A stretch of 64,000 bases of DNA from an uncultured delta proteobacterium (GTDB lineage: Bacteria; Desulfobacterota; Binatia; Binatales; Binataceae), in assembly GCA_963724765.1 (NCBI GenBank), contig CAVRVY010000001.1, positions 928,001-992,000 of the forward strand, read 5' to 3'. The notes under the pieces are model-generated. The model was not told the origin of the DNA. It did no database searches and saw nothing but the letters and a program-made list of their open reading frames with translations. Positions within the stretch are counted from its first letter, which is position 1, and each line of letters opens with the position of its first letter. The position numbers and the translations under genes were made by a program. Below are positions 61,051-64,000 of this stretch, one piece after another.

Positions 61051-62739
61051 ATGGCACTCCAAGTAAAATCTCGCGCCCCGCGCTTCCGTGTCCAAATTCA
61101 TGCGAAGGGCACCCAGGGCGCGATGGTCAGCTACGACACCGCTTCGTCCGGCGACACCGCGCTTCTCGCCTCGATCGTGTCGATCCAGACCTCGCGCCGC
61201 ATGGGCCAAGCCGGTACGTTCGCCCTCACGCTGCTTCCGCGCCGCGATGCCCTTCATCGATGGCAGGACGTGATCTCACCGATGGATTACGTCGAGATCG
61301 ATCTCTCGCCGTCGGGCGCTGTCGGCGCCGGTTCGACAAGCACATCCGCGAAATTTCGCGGCTTTATCGATAGCGTCGAAATGGTCTGGACTCTGGAAGA
61401 CGGCCGCCCGTTCCCGGCGATCCGCATCTCCGGACGCGATTACACGAAACTTCTGATCGACATGCAGCTCTATTTACTGGGCAACGTGCCGCCGTCGCTC
61501 CAAGTCTTATTGACGTGGTTGCAAGGCATCAGCGCGCTCGATCCGTCGACTACTACTACATCGACTGAGATTAGCAAAGCCTCCGCTTTGGGCGGTTCGG
61601 GCTCGCCCGCCAACCTGCGCCCCGATCAAGTGATCAACGGCCTTTTCACGGACTGGCTACGCCCGTTTTCGTCGGCGATCGAATCGGCCCTCACGATCAG
61701 TACGCCGATTCGACTCGATGCCTCCTACGCGCAACTCGACGCCACGCAACTCGGACTCGCCGCCATTCGCCCCGCGATCCTCGTCGACAATTTCGATCTC
61801 CTCCGTACCGCCGTGTGGACGGTGATGGGCGAATACTCACACGCGCCGTGGTACGAACTCTATGTCGAGGACTACAGCGACGCGCCCTATCTAGTGTTGC
61901 GGCCGGCACCGTGGCGAGATATCAACGGCGCGTGGGTTCAACCGACTGCGTGGAGCAGCATCTCGCCCTCGTCGTCATCGCCATCGCCACGCGCGCCGCG
62001 CTTCATCGCCGTCGATGCGCATGAGATCGTCGCCCTCGCCTTGGGCCGCAGCGACGCCGGCTCTGACGATAGCTCCGACAGTGCCGCCTCGGGTGGAGCT
62101 GGTGGATCGGGCGGTACGGCGTCGAGCGGCGGCGGCGGACAGGTCAACAATTTCTTTTTGACCTACCCGGCGCCATTCGAGGCACTCACCACCGCCGCGC
62201 GCAATCTGGGCTCGCCGTTATTGACCGGTAACAACCCTCTGATCTGCGGCTCACCCTCACTCGCGTCGTCGGGCGCGTTCGGCGCTTCCGACTGGCACGA
62301 GTTTGGCTGGCGCCCGATGGAGCGTTGGAGCGCCTACAGCGACTTCCCCGGTAACGATCCTACGACCGCCTCTATAGGCAGCGAGTTGAATCGCCGGTTG
62401 GGTGCAGCCTTCAGCTTCGGCGAATACCTCGAATCGGGCATCATCACGATCGTCCGCGATCCTGCATCCGCACAGTACGATCCCATTCACCTGGGCGACT
62501 ACATCAGCCTGACGGGCGCGCTCGATGAGTTTGGCATCGAGTGGGCGCAAGGAACTTTCGCCTATGTTGAATCAGTGTCGCACGATTTCCGCATCCCCAC
62601 CGGCACGGGCGATGGCAGCTATACCATGATGCTGGGCGTGACGCGCGGCGAAGGCCATTTAGATCGCTATCCTAACCTGCGCAACAACTCGATCGTGACG
62701 CCCTTGAAGAACGCCGCGCTCACCACGACGACGCCTTAA
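61051..62739 (+). CDS. Baseplate hub-like protein (gp27/gp44/GpD-type)
   Basis: AGTFALTL, ISPMDYVEI, FRGFIDSV, ISGRDYTKLL, WYELYVED, YVESVSHDF, LGVTRG. Confidence 0.65.
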   Translation: MALQVKSRAPRFRVQIHAKGTQGAMVSYDTASSGDTALLASIVSIQTSRRMGQAGTFALTLLPRRDALHRWQDVISPMDYVEIDLSPSGAVGAGSTSTSAKFRGFIDSVEMVWTLEDGRPFPAIRISGRDYTKLLIDMQLYLLGNVPPSLQVLLTWLQGISALDPSTTTTSTEISKASALGGSGSPANLRPDQVINGLFTDWLRPFSSAIESALTISTPIRLDASYAQLDATQLGLAAIRPAILVDNFDLLRTAVWTVMGEYSHAPWYELYVEDYSDAPYLVLRPAPWRDINGAWVQPTAWSSISPSSSSPSPRAPRFIAVDAHEIVALALGRSDAGSDDSSDSAASGGAGGSGGTASSGGGGQVNNFFLTYPAPFEALTTAARNLGSPLLTGNNPLICGSPSLASSGAFGASDWHEFGWRPMERWSAYSDFPGNDPTTASIGSELNRRLGAAFSFGEYLESGIITIVRDPASAQYDPIHLGDYISLTGALDEFGIEWAQGTFAYVESVSHDFRIPTGTGDGSYTMMLGVTRGEGHLDRYPNLRNNSIVTPLKNAALTTTTP

Positions 62740-62781
62740 CCTGCTACCCGACTCGACTACCTACACTCTACAACGCGGATC

Positions 62782-62825
62782 AAAAGAAAAGGGGCCAGCC
62801 GCGCTCACTCTACGCGGCTGGCCCC
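62782..62825 (-). terminator. Intrinsic terminator
   Basis: 13-bp stem GGGGCCAGCCGCG/CGCGGCTGGCCCC followed by TTTTCTTTT on minus strand; between convergent genes. Confidence 0.8.
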
Positions 62826-62885
62826 CGAGTCGGGCAGCTGCGATCGGACGCAACGATCGCGGGCCGCCCTCTATGACCGTTCTAG

Positions 62886-63722
62886 TTAATTGCCGTACAG
62901 CTCGTCAGCGCTAACCGCGAAAGGGTTTCCGGACGGCAACGCTGGTAGGCCGTATCGCCGTCTCACCGCTTCGGGCACCGCCCCGAGCGCACGCTCAACG
63001 TTGCGCCGCGAGCTGGCGAAAGTCGGATTGACGCTCTCGTACACCAACAGCACGCTGGGATCGAGATCCTCGTTGCATACTGCGTCCTGCAACTTCGACT
63101 TCAGCATCTCGTACTGCCGCGTGCCTTTGATGAGTGCCATCAAATCAAAGCCGCCGCGACGACGCATGCCGAAGCTTTTCCCGGTGACGTACTCATCGCG
63201 ATCCAGGCCGCGTCTCACGCTGCGACGCGCCAACTTGTCGCCGCCGATCATCGCGCGGCCCTCTTCGTCGGGATCGTCCTCATCCTCGACGTAATCCTGA
63301 CCGTCGATCGGCGTGATCCGGCTGTCGCCACGCGCGCCAGGAAAGCGGATGCGGCTGGGGCGCCCGCTCACGAGCATCATGTGGCTTTCGTCGTCAAGCT
63401 CATCGCCCAGAGCGAACAGTTCGTCGTCGCTGAGCGATTGAATACCACGCCACGCGTCGCGCATGTCCTTGCGGCGTGCTCCTTGTGCGCGTCGATCGGA
63501 GTCGTCGATCGACTCGTCGTCGTAGTCTTTTGCGTCGGACAGCTCGGCAATCGTTTGGGCGCGGCGGCGCTTCGATTTCACGAGGTCTTCGAGATCTCGG
63601 GCAGCTTCGGCGAAGGCTGAATTGTAGTTCATAAGTGCGTCCTTGTGTGCCTCATTTTCGGGGATGGTCATGCGGAAGCGTCGGCCGGTGAGAAAGTCTG
63701 TCACTAAGCGCGCGATCCGCAT
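62886..63722 (-). CDS. Acidic hypothetical protein with KS/KG motifs (start 63722 or 63671)
   Basis: 278-aa ORF with own promoter and terminator; DLVKS, GKSF, LIKG, MLKS. Confidence 0.65.
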   Translation of the reverse strand: MRIARLVTDFLTGRRFRMTIPENEAHKDALMNYNSAFAEAARDLEDLVKSKRRRAQTIAELSDAKDYDDESIDDSDRRAQGARRKDMRDAWRGIQSLSDDELFALGDELDDESHMMLVSGRPSRIRFPGARGDSRITPIDGQDYVEDEDDPDEEGRAMIGGDKLARRSVRRGLDRDEYVTGKSFGMRRRGGFDLMALIKGTRQYEMLKSKLQDAVCNEDLDPSVLLVYESVNPTFASSRRNVERALGAVPEAVRRRYGLPALPSGNPFAVSADELYGN

Positions 63723-63728
63723 ATTGGA

Positions 63729-63764
63729 GAGTATAACAATGTTTCAGAGTCGAGTGCTATACTC
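63729..63764. promoter_or_regulatory. Back-to-back extended -10 promoters
   Basis: TGTTATACT (minus, 63730-63738) and TGCTATACT (plus, 63755-63763). Confidence 0.6.
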
Positions 63765-63787
63765 ACGGCAGCGAGGCGAGCAGCGAA

Positions 63788-64000
63788 ATGGGCAATCCTA
63801 ACAACCTCATCCCGTTCCAGTTTAAAAAGGGCCAGTCGGGCAACCCCAACGGCCGCCCTAGCGACCGCGAGGCCGTCGCCCATGCCCTAAAATCGACCCG
63901 CAATGGCCTCGAACTCGTCGAGACGCTTATCGACCTGATGCGCAACGCCAAGGCGGAAAAGACGCGCCTGGCCGCGACCTGTGAATTGTGGGATCGAGTT
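63788..64000 (+). CDS. DUF5681-like protein (putative small terminase), partial
   Basis: Manual translation MGNPNNLIPFQFKKGQSGNPNGRP...RLAATCELWDR. Confidence 0.75.
   Translation, partial: MGNPNNLIPFQFKKGQSGNPNGRPSDREAVAHALKSTRNGLELVETLIDLMRNAKAEKTRLAATCELWDRV

Larger units (their letters stand above)
47785..64000. mobile_element. Phage-satellite-like (or reduced prophage) element, continues past window
   Basis: att, xis-like genes, helicase + repeat origin, TMP-like, hub-like and DUF5681 genes. Confidence 0.7.

Noticed and set aside
58700-62739. eCIS/tailocin/T6SS locus
   Set aside because: No sheath, tube, wedge or PAAR genes; linked to a replicon and att site instead

Overview
GC-rich DNA from a diderm bacterium, almost all accessory and apparently organised as tandem elements integrated at the 3' end of a minus-strand tRNA-Leu(CAA). 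Only 3' tRNA fragments are present (4574-4624 degenerate; 47727-47784), so the intact tRNA probably lies beyond 64000. (1) 1-4.5 kb: Fe-S protein 5' end, Gly-zipper gene, MFS remnant and orphan tadE-tadE-tadG. (2) 4.6-47.7 kb: a decayed ICE (trbF/G/I, traF, TraD-like, MOBP-type relaxase, traG, truncated trbB fused to a dead DUF499 ATPase, BrnT-type TA, frameshifted ardC and xis, intact tyrosine integrase). It is followed by ~29 kb of envelope/transport cargo (Mla/PqiC, HlyD-RbbA-YhhJ-OMF, PPK2, iGluR-like channel, porin-like pair, TPR pair, DUF2252 fragments). (3) 47.8-64 kb: a compact phage-satellite-like element with xis-like genes, three Zn-ribbon membrane genes, a metallopeptidase, higBA, an SF4 helicase plus repeat-rich origin, a proteasome-beta-like gene, a tape-measure-like plus baseplate-hub-like pair with no other tail or head genes in view, an acidic protein with KS motifs and a DUF5681 gene. 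This third element is the best candidate for an undescribed system. All calls are from motif recognition by eye; no searches were run.
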